Program-made: the position numbers and the translations under genes | Shown: piece after piece, positions 16,087-23,919 of the stretch | Numbering within the stretch: the first letter of the stretch is position 1 | Layout of the letters: every line of letters begins with the position of its first letter | Notes under the pieces: model-generated | The model's input: the letters and a program-made list of their open reading frames with translations, nothing else | What the model was told of the DNA's origin: nothing | Databases searched by the model: none | From: a virus | Lineage: Duplodnaviria > Heunggongvirae > Uroviricota > Caudoviricetes | DNA: 24,813 bases | IMG/VR virus record: IMGVR_UViG_3300037524_001291 | Strand: one strand, 5' to 3'

Positions 16087-16734
16087 TTATAGACCTTCTA
16101 TTCTATACATACCAAATTGACCCGATTTTTCAGGTCTCCATTCACCTATACCACAAGAGAACCCTCCATAGTTGAGTAGATTAATAATTTGTTCAGCAGA
16201 AATAACATTTACCATATAAGTTATAGTTAATTCAGCACTCCATTCTTTGAACTCTCCTCTATAACGTAAATCAGCAGAGGTTCCTTGAAGTCTTACCATA
16301 TCTTCTCTTATATTAGGGGTTCCATGTATTTCAACAAATTCTCCTTCAATGTAAAAAGCTCCTAGAATTGATACTTTATCCTTTGACATTTTAGCTCTAT
16401 AACTAGCAGAAGCAGCGGCTAGTTTAAAGGCTATAGAAGGGAATTGAAATTTTGCACCGTTATTTATAGCTTCTTCAAAATCCTCTATAGTAAATTCTGT
16501 TGGCATTTCTGTTTTCCAATACATACTCTCAATAAAATCTCTTACAGGATTTCTTTTCTCTTTAGGTTTTTTTACTTCCTGTGTCTGTACTCCTAACATC
16601 TCTTTTTTAGCTTTCTCAGACCAGCTGTGCATTATCAGAGGAGTAACTCCAACTACTTTTACTCGAATAGTTTTCAATTGAATTCCTGGAATCTCCACTA
16701 ACATAGAACTTTCCTTTGCTTTTTTTACAGTCAT
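16087..16734 (-). CDS. Solo RAMP / Cas7-like RNA-binding protein (Vipr-like effector)
   Basis: RAMP-like motif order: beta1 IRVKVVGVTPLIMH; FQFPSIAFKLAAASA (compare the IPGSSLKG helix); and a C-terminal Gly-rich loop GGFSCGIGEWRPEKSGQFGMYRI. No other cas genes in the window. The ORF track starts at 16743; RBS GAGGTATGAT favours 16734. Confidence 0.78.
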   Translation of the reverse strand: MTVKKAKESSMLVEIPGIQLKTIRVKVVGVTPLIMHSWSEKAKKEMLGVQTQEVKKPKEKRNPVRDFIESMYWKTEMPTEFTIEDFEEAINNGAKFQFPSIAFKLAAASASYRAKMSKDKVSILGAFYIEGEFVEIHGTPNIREDMVRLQGTSADLRYRGEFKEWSAELTITYMVNVISAEQIINLLNYGGFSCGIGEWRPEKSGQFGMYRIEGL

Positions 16735-16781
16735 ACAAATCATACCTCTCTAAATTATTCTACTCAATTTATTACTTTATT

Positions 16782-16810
16782 ACTATAACATGTAAACATA
16801 ATAAAATCAA
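16782..16810 (-). promoter_or_regulatory. Sigma-A promoter of the RAMP/array operon (TTGATT-17-TATAGT, extended TG)
   Basis: Minus strand reads TTGATT ttattatgtttacatgt TATAGT. Confidence 0.65.
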
Positions 16811-16833
16811 TATAATAAGTTTAATAGAGTAAA

Positions 16834-16861
16834 ACTCTCCTATAAATTTATATAGGAGAGT
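16834..16861 (-). terminator. Intrinsic terminator after the TROVE gene
   Basis: ACTCTCCTATA...TATAGGAGAGT stem followed by TTT on the minus strand. Confidence 0.7.
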
Positions 16862-16926
16862 ATAAGAAAGAGGTGTGTTTAACAAGTTCACTGACAATAT
16901 CGTTATTTACCTGTTATTTTCTTTTT

Positions 16927-18579
16927 TCAGCGTTTACCCTTAAGTTTATCTAGTAGTAAGTCTATAACCTTCTTAATATCTTTATCTTTTCCCATCATAT
17001 TTTGGATGTTTATAACTTCTAAGAATCTTTCTGAGAATCCAGTAGCTAGAATCTTTGTATTAGAAGCGGTATTAAACACAGCAAAATCATTCCCTAAAAG
17101 GTTGTTTAGTATTATTTTTTTGAATACTCCTTTGGAAATAAGTTTGTTTATATGAGCTTCAGGAGTACCTATCATACTTCCATTTCTATATGTTCTCTCT
17201 CCAAAAGTTAATGTATTAGTCTTTGAATCATATCCATAACAATCATTATCTGAAAGAAGTATAAGACTATCATATTTGGTATTCGTAGCTTCAATAGTAT
17301 CTAAAGCTATTTTTAATTGCGTACCACTTACATCCATACTCATTTTTATAGCTTTTACAATATCCATTACAGGAGCTTTATTAGAGATATCAACTTTTCT
17401 ACATGAGTTAGAGAATACATACAAATCCCCTACACCACATTTATAAGCGATAGCTCCTAGAACAGCAGACATATCCAAAGCTGTTACCACAGATTTATCT
17501 GATAGTTTATCATTCATAGAACCTGACCTATCTAACAGAATACAATTGATACCCTCTAAAGGGGTTACATTAGATACAGATATATCTAAGGCATCACTTA
17601 AAGCTTCTTTAAGTGAGTTTATAATTACTTTAGTAGGATATCCATCTAACTCATTATAAGCTGAATAGAATCTAAAAGGTAGTAATCTTGATTGTTTAAC
17701 CTCTTTAGGGTCTCTTAGTCTTTTACAAACTGTTTCTAGAGTTTTTTGGTCATTAAAAACATCCTTTTTATATAGGGATACTAGGTTCTTTAGTATATTT
17801 TGTAGTATATCGTCTTCAACAGCTTTAATAAGTCCAGAGTTATCCCGAGTTTTTGTTTGACCTTTTTTAACTGATTCAGTGTTAATGGTAGCTTTCCCAT
17901 CTCCTACTTTAACATTACCTTCTCTAAGTTCTTTGAAGAACTTTTCAAAGTCTTTATTTTTAGGTTTAGGTCTTAATAGTCTCATACAATCTCTTAGGGT
18001 TACATCAGAGTTATTGCTAAGACCTTTTGATAGTTTAAATTTATCATAAGACTCAAACTTTCTTTTTAGTGTTTTCCTTAACTGCATAGGTAGTGCTTCA
18101 TTTCTTTTCCCTACTATGTCAATATAGTCTGAGCTTCTTTTATCGAACATGACCATCTGAGTGGACATTATTGTTACGATATCTTTAGCTCTTTGAATGA
18201 TGTTATCAGCGTACTCATATATTCTATTTTTTCCTTTAGAGTCTATAAAATTCTTACCTAAGAATCTATCATCATTAAAGACAATAGAAAGAATATTTAG
18301 GGGATAGTCTATCATATTGCATAATCTCCCTAGTTCAGCAATCTTTAGGATGTACTCTTTATCTGACTCTGGTATTCTTTGTATTCTTTCGTATAAAGTT
18401 TTAAACTCTGATACAGCATTCTTTTTCTCATAGTAAGTGCTTTCCCCAAAGAATGAACCTAAAACTTGTGAGAATAAAGTTTCAAGGTCTGACATTTGAT
18501 GTACAGTAGTACCCTCATGATTCACAGTTGGTTTAAACATGTTCTGTAGATTTGTTACTTGTTTTTTAAAATTAGCCAT
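16927..18579 (-). CDS. TROVE domain / Ro60-like RNA-binding protein with C-terminal vWA
   Basis: TVNHEG, FFGESTYY, LRDCMRLLRPKP, ILKNL, LRDPKEVKQSRLLPFRFYSAY, MIDAS LLDRSGSM and ILLSD; 550 aa. Confidence 0.9.
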   Translation of the reverse strand: MANFKKQVTNLQNMFKPTVNHEGTTVHQMSDLETLFSQVLGSFFGESTYYEKKNAVSEFKTLYERIQRIPESDKEYILKIAELGRLCNMIDYPLNILSIVFNDDRFLGKNFIDSKGKNRIYEYADNIIQRAKDIVTIMSTQMVMFDKRSSDYIDIVGKRNEALPMQLRKTLKRKFESYDKFKLSKGLSNNSDVTLRDCMRLLRPKPKNKDFEKFFKELREGNVKVGDGKATINTESVKKGQTKTRDNSGLIKAVEDDILQNILKNLVSLYKKDVFNDQKTLETVCKRLRDPKEVKQSRLLPFRFYSAYNELDGYPTKVIINSLKEALSDALDISVSNVTPLEGINCILLDRSGSMNDKLSDKSVVTALDMSAVLGAIAYKCGVGDLYVFSNSCRKVDISNKAPVMDIVKAIKMSMDVSGTQLKIALDTIEATNTKYDSLILLSDNDCYGYDSKTNTLTFGERTYRNGSMIGTPEAHINKLISKGVFKKIILNNLLGNDFAVFNTASNTKILATGFSERFLEVINIQNMMGKDKDIKKVIDLLLDKLKGKR

Positions 18580-18628
18580 TTCTAAAATTCCTCCTCAATA
18601 TTATTCTTAAATTCCTCTTACATTCCTC

Positions 18629-19096
18629 TTAAATTCCCTTAAAAGTAGGTGGTATATATTTATGTACATCTATACCTGACTCTTTTAGGATATTTAGAGA
18701 TTTTTCGTTAGGGTAATCTTCAGCATAGACTACTCGAACAATACCAGAACTACTAATCATTCTAGCACATAAAACACAAGGTTGAACTGTTGTATATAGA
18801 ACACTTTCTTTTATATTAGGACCACCCATATAAGCACACTGTAAGATAGCATTAGCTTCAGCATGTAAAGATTTACAAATGTCTAATCTCTCACCAGAGG
18901 GTATCCCCATCTTTTCCCTAAGACATCCACCATCATCACAATGTCTACTCCATTTAGGAGAGCCATTGTATCCAGTAGCAATTATTCTATGCTCTCTAAC
19001 AAGTACAGCACCTACATGTCTTCTAAGGCAGGTAGACCTTTTTTTAACTATTTGAGCAATCTCCATAAAATAAGAAGTCCAATCGGGTCTCTCCAT
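18629..19096 (-). CDS. dCMP deaminase (CMP/dCMP deaminase, Zn-binding)
   Basis: RPDWTSYFM, RSTCLRRHVGA, TGYNG, HAEANA and PCVLC. The ORF track starts at 19108. Confidence 0.93.
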   Translation of the reverse strand: MERPDWTSYFMEIAQIVKKRSTCLRRHVGAVLVREHRIIATGYNGSPKWSRHCDDGGCLREKMGIPSGERLDICKSLHAEANAILQCAYMGGPNIKESVLYTTVQPCVLCARMISSSGIVRVVYAEDYPNEKSLNILKESGIDVHKYIPPTFKGI

Positions 19097-19126
19097 AGAT
19101 AATCCCATCCTTATGTTTTATTTTGA

Positions 19127-19197
19127 CTAGGGAATTAGGATTTGAACCCAAACTATAACAGCCAAAGTGTCATGTGCTACCATTACACTATTCCCTA
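19127..19197 (-). tRNA. tRNA-Gln(TTG)
   Basis: Acceptor TAGGGAA/TTCCCTA, anticodon arm TGACA-CTTTGGC-TGTTA, T-loop GTTCAAATC. No CCA encoded. Confidence 0.88.
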
Positions 19198-19202
19198 CTA
19201 TA

Positions 19203-19490
19203 CTATTCTATATCTACATAAGCGTTTCCTACCAAATTACCATTATGATGTCCCCAACCTTCTCTAATAGCCATACTCATTAAAACCATGGCATCAGATA
19301 TTGAGGGTATTTTAGCTTGACCTCTAGCACCTTGTAAATTACCATTAGGTTTCTTCCAAATAAATCTGTACCCCAATTCCTCATAATCACAAAATTCATA
19401 CCTACAATATTGAAAACAAAGCTTCCATTCACCTTCATTACCTAAACTCACACTATTTAAAACTACTACCCTCGTCTGTTTTTCTATCAT
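19203..19490 (-). CDS. Conserved hypothetical protein
   Basis: RBS GAGGGG. Contains WKLCFQYCRY..GYRFIWKKPNGNLQGARGQAKIP. It has its own sigma-A promoter. Confidence 0.75.
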   Translation of the reverse strand: MIEKQTRVVVLNSVSLGNEGEWKLCFQYCRYEFCDYEELGYRFIWKKPNGNLQGARGQAKIPSISDAMVLMSMAIREGWGHHNGNLVGNAYVDIE

Positions 19491-19531
19491 TTTTATATCC
19501 CCTCTTATCGTATTCTTATCAGTAGAATATA

Positions 19532-19560
19532 AGTATACTCATAAGAGTATTATAAGTCAA
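19532..19560 (-). promoter_or_regulatory. Sigma-A promoter (TTGACT-17-TATACT)
   Basis: Minus strand reads TTGACT tataatactcttatgag TATACT. Confidence 0.7.
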
Positions 19561-19570
19561 GAGGGAAATT

Positions 19571-20197
19571 TTAGTTGTATTCGATAAAATCTTCCCAAAC
19601 GGTAATAGGGTAGCTATTAACAGATCCAAATCTCTCATCATTTGTTTCGCATTTTCTAATTTCAATAGAATGGCTTCTACAATAAGCTGAGAGTTGTTTA
19701 CCTATATCCTGACATTGTTTTAATGACCAACCTTTATTGAAGACATTGTTATATTTTGCTACAGTAAAGAATTTAAGGGATTCATTTAGGGCTATTTCTA
19801 AGGTTTCATTTTCTTCCATTAATCCAAAGATTTTACGTTCGGCTTCAATAGCTCTATTATGTGCTATATGAAAAGCTCTTTCCATTATTTTATCAGGAGA
19901 GTTCCAAGCTTCTTCACACTGTATAAAATATTTACGAAACTGTCTTCCTTTTTCAGATCTTTGTATCATACATAATTCTTTAGCCATTGATAGGGTTATC
20001 TCATGATCTATACCAGGTCTCCCTCCTGTACTTTCGTTCAAAATTGACCGAAAGTCCTTACCCTCTGTAAAACCAAACTCACACATACGTGGAAACCAAT
20101 GTCTATATTCTGTAGATATCTCAAGTGCTTCATGTAATTCTCTCCCATTTACGGTAGGTTTTTCTCCCTCATACTTAACCATTATAAATTCTTCCAT
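19571..20197 (-). CDS. AntA/AntB-family phage antirepressor-like protein
   Basis: VNGRELHEALE..T.Y..WF.RM.E.GF.EG.DF, GGRP, MAKELCMIQRSEKGRQFRKYFI.CE.AWN. The ORF track starts at 20212. Confidence 0.88.
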   Translation of the reverse strand: MEEFIMVKYEGEKPTVNGRELHEALEISTEYRHWFPRMCEFGFTEGKDFRSILNESTGGRPGIDHEITLSMAKELCMIQRSEKGRQFRKYFIQCEEAWNSPDKIMERAFHIAHNRAIEAERKIFGLMEENETLEIALNESLKFFTVAKYNNVFNKGWSLKQCQDIGKQLSAYCRSHSIEIRKCETNDERFGSVNSYPITVWEDFIEYN

Positions 20198-20307
20198 ATG
20201 ACCCATCCCCATATATAATATTTCTCTTCTTACGTAAAAAGAGTATCACTATCTTATTATATTCCTCTTACAAATACTAGAGATTAGGTAATTTATGATA
20301 GGAGAAT

Positions 20308-20344
20308 ATAAGAAAGAAGGAATTTTTAGCTCCTCCTTTCTTAT
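20308..20344 (-). terminator. Hairpin (copy 1 of a 29-bp repeat) downstream of dam
   Basis: ATAAGAAAGAAGGAA-TTTTTAG-CTCCTCCTTTCTTAT stem-loop. Confidence 0.6.
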
Positions 20345-20360
20345 CTCTGACCAATCTTAC

Positions 20361-21194
20361 CTAACTCATAGTTTTTATATATAAACTCTCTTCAACATAT
20401 CCAACTTTTTGGTCTTTTAAACATTTAAAACTACTTTTTCCACTTGACACATACACATGCCTAGTATAAATATCTGTTGGAACTGTATATGTATTGTTAA
20501 TTTCAGATCTTCTACCATCAAAGCTAAAAATATAATTTGATTTCAGCTGTCTTAAATAATTCCAAAATTTATCATAATCAATCTTACCAAAATACATACC
20601 TTTTGTATTTGCGTAAGGTGGGTCTAAATAAACAAAATCATTAATGTTAGTTCTTATATCACTATAATCTCTACAAATAAACTCAACATTGTACTTATTT
20701 AACCTACTACTCCAATCGTTTATTATTGTCATTAAGGTGTTTGGATTAATACCACCCCTAGAAAAGTGCAGTGAAGTATTAAATTCCCCCTTGGAATTGT
20801 ATCTTATTAGTCCATTTACACATGTCCTACTAAGGAATAGAAAATCACTAGGGTATCTCATCTGATTAAATCTTTTTCTAATTAAGTAGAAAAACTCTTT
20901 TCGCCTTTCTATATCCTCATCTTTGTTTAATTCTATCCAAAATAAATTATACTTTTCGTATAACTCTTGTGGATTTTCTTTTATTCTATTCCACAGACTT
21001 ATTAAATCATTATTAATATCGGAACAAATGTATTTTTTTACTTTAATATCCGAGTGTAATAGATTAAATAAGACACTTGCTCCACCAACAAAGGGTTCAT
21101 AATATATATCAATTTCTTTTGGAAATAAGTTTATAATATAATCAGCTTGACTTCTTTTACTACCACTCCATTTTATTACAGGTTGTAATTTCAT
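20361..21194 (-). CDS. dam: DNA adenine methyltransferase, Dam/D12 class
   Basis: KWSGSKR, motif I YYEPFVGGASV, SDIN, NGLIRYNSKGEFN and motif IV YLDPPY. Confidence 0.9.
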   Translation of the reverse strand: MKLQPVIKWSGSKRSQADYIINLFPKEIDIYYEPFVGGASVLFNLLHSDIKVKKYICSDINNDLISLWNRIKENPQELYEKYNLFWIELNKDEDIERRKEFFYLIRKRFNQMRYPSDFLFLSRTCVNGLIRYNSKGEFNTSLHFSRGGINPNTLMTIINDWSSRLNKYNVEFICRDYSDIRTNINDFVYLDPPYANTKGMYFGKIDYDKFWNYLRQLKSNYIFSFDGRRSEINNTYTVPTDIYTRHVYVSSGKSSFKCLKDQKVGYVEESLYIKTMS

Positions 21195-21269
21195 ATACTC
21201 TCCTTAAAGAAGTTAATAAAATCTATCTTTTCTAAATTGAGTCTACAGGTATAAGTCCTAATATTAGAA

Positions 21270-21311
21270 GATAAGAAAGGAGGAGTTTTTAGCTCCTCCC
21301 AAACTCTTATC
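21270..21311 (-). terminator. Hairpin (copy 2 of the 29-bp repeat) between the 192-aa gene and dam
   Basis: GGAGGAG-TTTTTAG-CTCCTCC core with outer GATAAGA/TCTTATC. Confidence 0.6.
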
Positions 21312-21339
21312 TAAGTATATTTAGGTAAAGTTCTAAAAA

Positions 21340-21918
21340 TTATTCGAAAAGACTAGAGATAATAGCAACAGCTACATCATAAGCTTTCTTTTCCTCAGTT
21401 CTAATTTCGTCTACACCACCAGTAAAATTCTTTTGTTCTACTGTAGTAGCGAGAGGGGTTGCACCAGAACCACTAGCAACAGCTGTAAAAGTTTTTCCTG
21501 TGATACCATTAATAGCAGCAGTAATTAGGGTAGCAGTATTCTTTGCGTTATCTGGTACTCCAGGTGAAGCAGTAGTTCCAAGAGTTACAAGAATATCATT
21601 ACCATCTAATTCAGCAGCGAGAGAAGCATTTGCTCCCTCATCAATAACTACTTCGATAGTAAGATTATTACCAAGTAGCCAAGCTGTATTTGCTGTGATT
21701 GTAATGAGACCATTATCCCCAGCTCCTATAGTAGTACTAGCTGCTACAGGTGCTGTATAAGAAGGAGCGTCCATTTTTGAGATTTGGTAGAGTGTTACAG
21801 CACTACATTCGTCACCCTTACTAGCTTTTTTTACAAGCTCGTTAACAAAATCTAGGGTGGGTTTTGGTGTGTTAAATTTTGTACCTATTTTTATTGAGTT
21901 GTTCTTTAATGAAAACAT
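21340..21918 (-). CDS. Hypothetical, probable virion structural protein (Ala/Thr/Gly-rich beta domain resembling tail-sheath inserted domains)
   Basis: RBS AAGGAGG. Contains ITITA...GNNLTIEVV...ILVTLGT...TATLITAAING...NFTGGVD. The structural role is inferred. Confidence 0.6.
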   Translation of the reverse strand: MFSLKNNSIKIGTKFNTPKPTLDFVNELVKKASKGDECSAVTLYQISKMDAPSYTAPVAASTTIGAGDNGLITITANTAWLLGNNLTIEVVIDEGANASLAAELDGNDILVTLGTTASPGVPDNAKNTATLITAAINGITGKTFTAVASGSGATPLATTVEQKNFTGGVDEIRTEEKKAYDVAVAIISSLFE

Positions 21919-22172
21919 AATATTTCCTCCTTTTAATAATATACTAAAAAATCTATCATACTAGTATATAAGTTATTAAAAATTTTTCTTTAGGGAGTTT
22001 AATTAGAATCTTAGAGAAAATAAAAAAATTCCTGTTACATTCCATTTTAGATGTGAGAATATAACAAGAATTAGGGGAGTAACTAATTTAGTATTACATA
22101 GATATATTTACATCCTACTACAAAACAACATATTGTACAAGTAAGTACATTAATCATATGTCCAACACTATC

Positions 22173-22364
22173 CTAAAGAAATAATTTTGTTAGAAGAATT
22201 ATTAGGGATATTCCTACCCCAACACAGATTAAAAGAAAGGGTATTATATATTCTATTCCCATAAGGCATCCAACATTAGAAGTATTTTTTGAATCTTTTT
22301 TATAAATTAACCATGCTAAAAGAAAAGCTGATATAGGTATTCCGATAACAATATATTTCCACAT
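22173..22364 (-). CDS. Small two-TM membrane protein
   Basis: RBS AAGAGG and two hydrophobic segments. The ORF track starts at 22370. Confidence 0.6.
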   Translation of the reverse strand: MWKYIVIGIPISAFLLAWLIYKKDSKNTSNVGCLMGIEYIIPFLLICVGVGISLIILLTKLFL

Positions 22365-22538
22365 ATACAATAAACCTCTTTTCTTTTTATTGAGAGAATG
22401 TAGCCAGATAGGTAATTCTTCAGTTTACCTATCCAACTTTCCAAACCACTTCCCCATACTCTAAGGATACATCCTAAAACCAAAACTGAAATTCAGTAAT
22501 AAGATAACGGTGGTTATATATTTAGGGATTACTTCCTA

Positions 22539-22619
22539 TGTGAGTGAGAGGACTTGAACCTCCACAGGTTTCCCCACTTGAGCCTAAATCAAGCGTGTAT
22601 GCCATTTCACCACACTCAC
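22539..22619 (-). tRNA. tRNA-Leu(TAG)
   Basis: Acceptor GTGAGTG/CACTCAC, anticodon arm CTTGA-TTTAGGC-TCAAG, long variable arm, T-loop GTTCAAGTC. Confidence 0.9.
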
Positions 22620-22630
22620 GTATTTTATAA

Positions 22631-22703
22631 AGGTCATAACAAGACTCGAACTTGTGTATAAAGGTTTTGCAGACCTTAGCCTTACCAACTTGGCTATATG
22701 ACC
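22631..22703 (-). tRNA. tRNA-Cys(GCA)
   Basis: Acceptor GGTCATA/TATGACC, discriminator U, anticodon arm AAGGT-CTGCAAA-ACCTT. Confidence 0.9.
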
Positions 22704-22742
22704 ATAACTAGGGTAGTGTATCTACCCATAGTTTACTAAATT

Positions 22743-22937
22743 TTAAGAATTATTACTGTCTGAGTAATGTCCACCACCGTAAGAATTTCTATTATAACTT
22801 TGTTTTCTAGCTCTTCTACAAGCTAAACATCGTATAGGGTCATTGTTGAATCCCTTCTCCTGATAAAACTCTTGTTCTCCTACAGTAAAAATAAAAGGAC
22901 TACCACAATCTTTACAAACCAAGTCTTTATCCTGCAT
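22743..22937 (-). CDS. Zinc-ribbon protein (zf-trcl-like, common in Clostridia)
   Basis: MQDKDLVCKDCG..FIFTVGEQEFY.EKGF.N.P.RC..CR..RK; RBS AAGGTGAGG. Confidence 0.88.
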   Translation of the reverse strand: MQDKDLVCKDCGSPFIFTVGEQEFYQEKGFNNDPIRCLACRRARKQSYNRNSYGGGHYSDSNNS

Positions 22938-22965
22938 AGTTTTATTACCTCACCTTATAGTATAA

Positions 22966-23370
22966 TCACATATTTTTTTCAGAAAGAGCTTCTTCTAGAG
23001 TATCAAATACTTTAACACTTCTAGAACTTAAACTAGTGCTGTATCCCGAACCAGAAAGATTGTCATCCATCTTCCATATATCAGTACTCCAATTAGTAGC
23101 AAGTGCTTTAGTTTTCATATCAATCTTCCTAAGAGCAAATTCATTGTCACTTGTAGGTCCCATAGTACCACCATATTCTTTTGGACCTACTATTTTATAA
23201 ATACTTCCTTTTTTGTAGGAATCTCTTCCAGAAGACTTTATTCCAACATAGGGTACATCTTTTAAAAATAGTAAATAACTTCCGATTTTAGGAGCTTTTT
23301 TTGGTCTTGTATACTCAGAAGCCTCAAATATCCTACTCAAACCTTCAATAATCAAATCAGATTTTCTCAT
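22966..23370 (-). CDS. Hypothetical protein with the shared leader (LIIEGLSRIFE); candidate internal head protein
   Basis: The ORF track starts at 23409. RBS GGAGGGTGG supports ATG 23370. Confidence 0.7.
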   Translation of the reverse strand: MRKSDLIIEGLSRIFEASEYTRPKKAPKIGSYLLFLKDVPYVGIKSSGRDSYKKGSIYKIVGPKEYGGTMGPTSDNEFALRKIDMKTKALATNWSTDIWKMDDNLSGSGYSTSLSSRSVKVFDTLEEALSEKNM

Positions 23371-23467
23371 AATACCACCCTCCAATAAACTAAAATAATA
23401 TCTATACATGTATATAAAAACTTTTTTATTTCCTGAGAGTATTATAAGATAGCGTTTTTGCTACATA

Positions 23468-23498
23468 TTCAGAGTCCTACCAACTGAGCTACTGGTCA
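23468..23498 (-). pseudogene. tRNA 5'-half / D-arm remnant
   Basis: Minus strand reads TGACCAG-TAGCTCAGTTGGTAGGAC-TCTGAA. It has a canonical D-loop but no T-arm or 3' acceptor strand. Confidence 0.45.
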
Positions 23499-23584
23499 AA
23501 ATATAAGGTAACAAATCACACTAGGGTACTTATTCTAATATATCGTACAATCTTCGTTTGACTTTGTAATTTGTGTTCCTTAAG

Positions 23585-23658
23585 TGGGTCTTAGTGGACT
23601 CGAACCACTGACAAATCGGTTATGAGCCGACTACTCTAACCAGCTGAGATAAAGACCC
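23585..23658 (-). tRNA. tRNA-CAT, probably Ile2 (lysidine type); Met not excluded
   Basis: Acceptor GGGTCTT/AAGACCC and anticodon arm GTCGG-CTCATAA-CCGAT. It lacks the initiator C1:A72 pair and GGG/CCC stem. Confidence 0.85.
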
Positions 23659-23686
23659 TAAATAAACAAACTTTATAAATATTACA

Positions 23687-23759
23687 TGACACATACAGGG
23701 ATCGAACCTGCGAGTCCATGGATGAAAACCATATGTCTTAACCACTTGACTAATGTGCC
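23687..23759 (-). tRNA. tRNA-Glu(TTC)
   Basis: Acceptor GGCACAT/ATGTGTC, anticodon arm TATGG-TTTTCAT-CCATG, T-loop GTTCGATC. Confidence 0.9.
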
Positions 23760-23766
23760 ATTTAAA

Positions 23767-23839
23767 TGGAATCTGTGGGAGTTGAACCCACGCTCCCCTG
23801 CGTGCAAGGCAGGTGCTTTCCCGACTAAGCTAAGACCCC
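23767..23839 (-). tRNA. tRNA-Ala(TGC)
   Basis: Acceptor GGGGTCT/AGATTCC with G3:U70, anticodon arm CCTGC-CTTGCAC-GCAGG. Confidence 0.92.
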
Positions 23840-23844
23840 AAAAA

Positions 23845-23915
23845 AGCAGAATATCAGAATCGAACTGATAACCAGAGATTGGAAATCTCTCATTTTACCA
23901 TTAAACTAATTCTGC
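23845..23915 (-). tRNA. tRNA-Gly(TCC)
   Basis: Acceptor GCAGAAT/ATTCTGC, discriminator U, anticodon arm AGAGA-TTTCCAA-TCTCT. Confidence 0.9.
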
Positions 23916-23919
23916 ATAC

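Noticed and set aside
16355-16372. Possible self-target of array segment 5 (I-L-G-K-A-F-I under codon decoding) in the RAMP gene (ILGAFYI), or at about 3620 (ILGKGNW)
   Set aside because: Only 3-4 of 7 dinucleotides match in register, which is expected by chance.
1974-21760. Plus-strand ORFs at 1974, 2979, 4071, 7748, 8570, 12440, 13707 and 21500
   Set aside because: All lie wholly antisense within longer, RBS-supported minus-strand genes and have shadow-like composition.
23686-23868. 60-aa plus-strand ORF
   Set aside because: It is the antisense of the Glu, Ala and Gly tRNAs (GIEPA, ELNPR and ESN are typical tRNA shadows).
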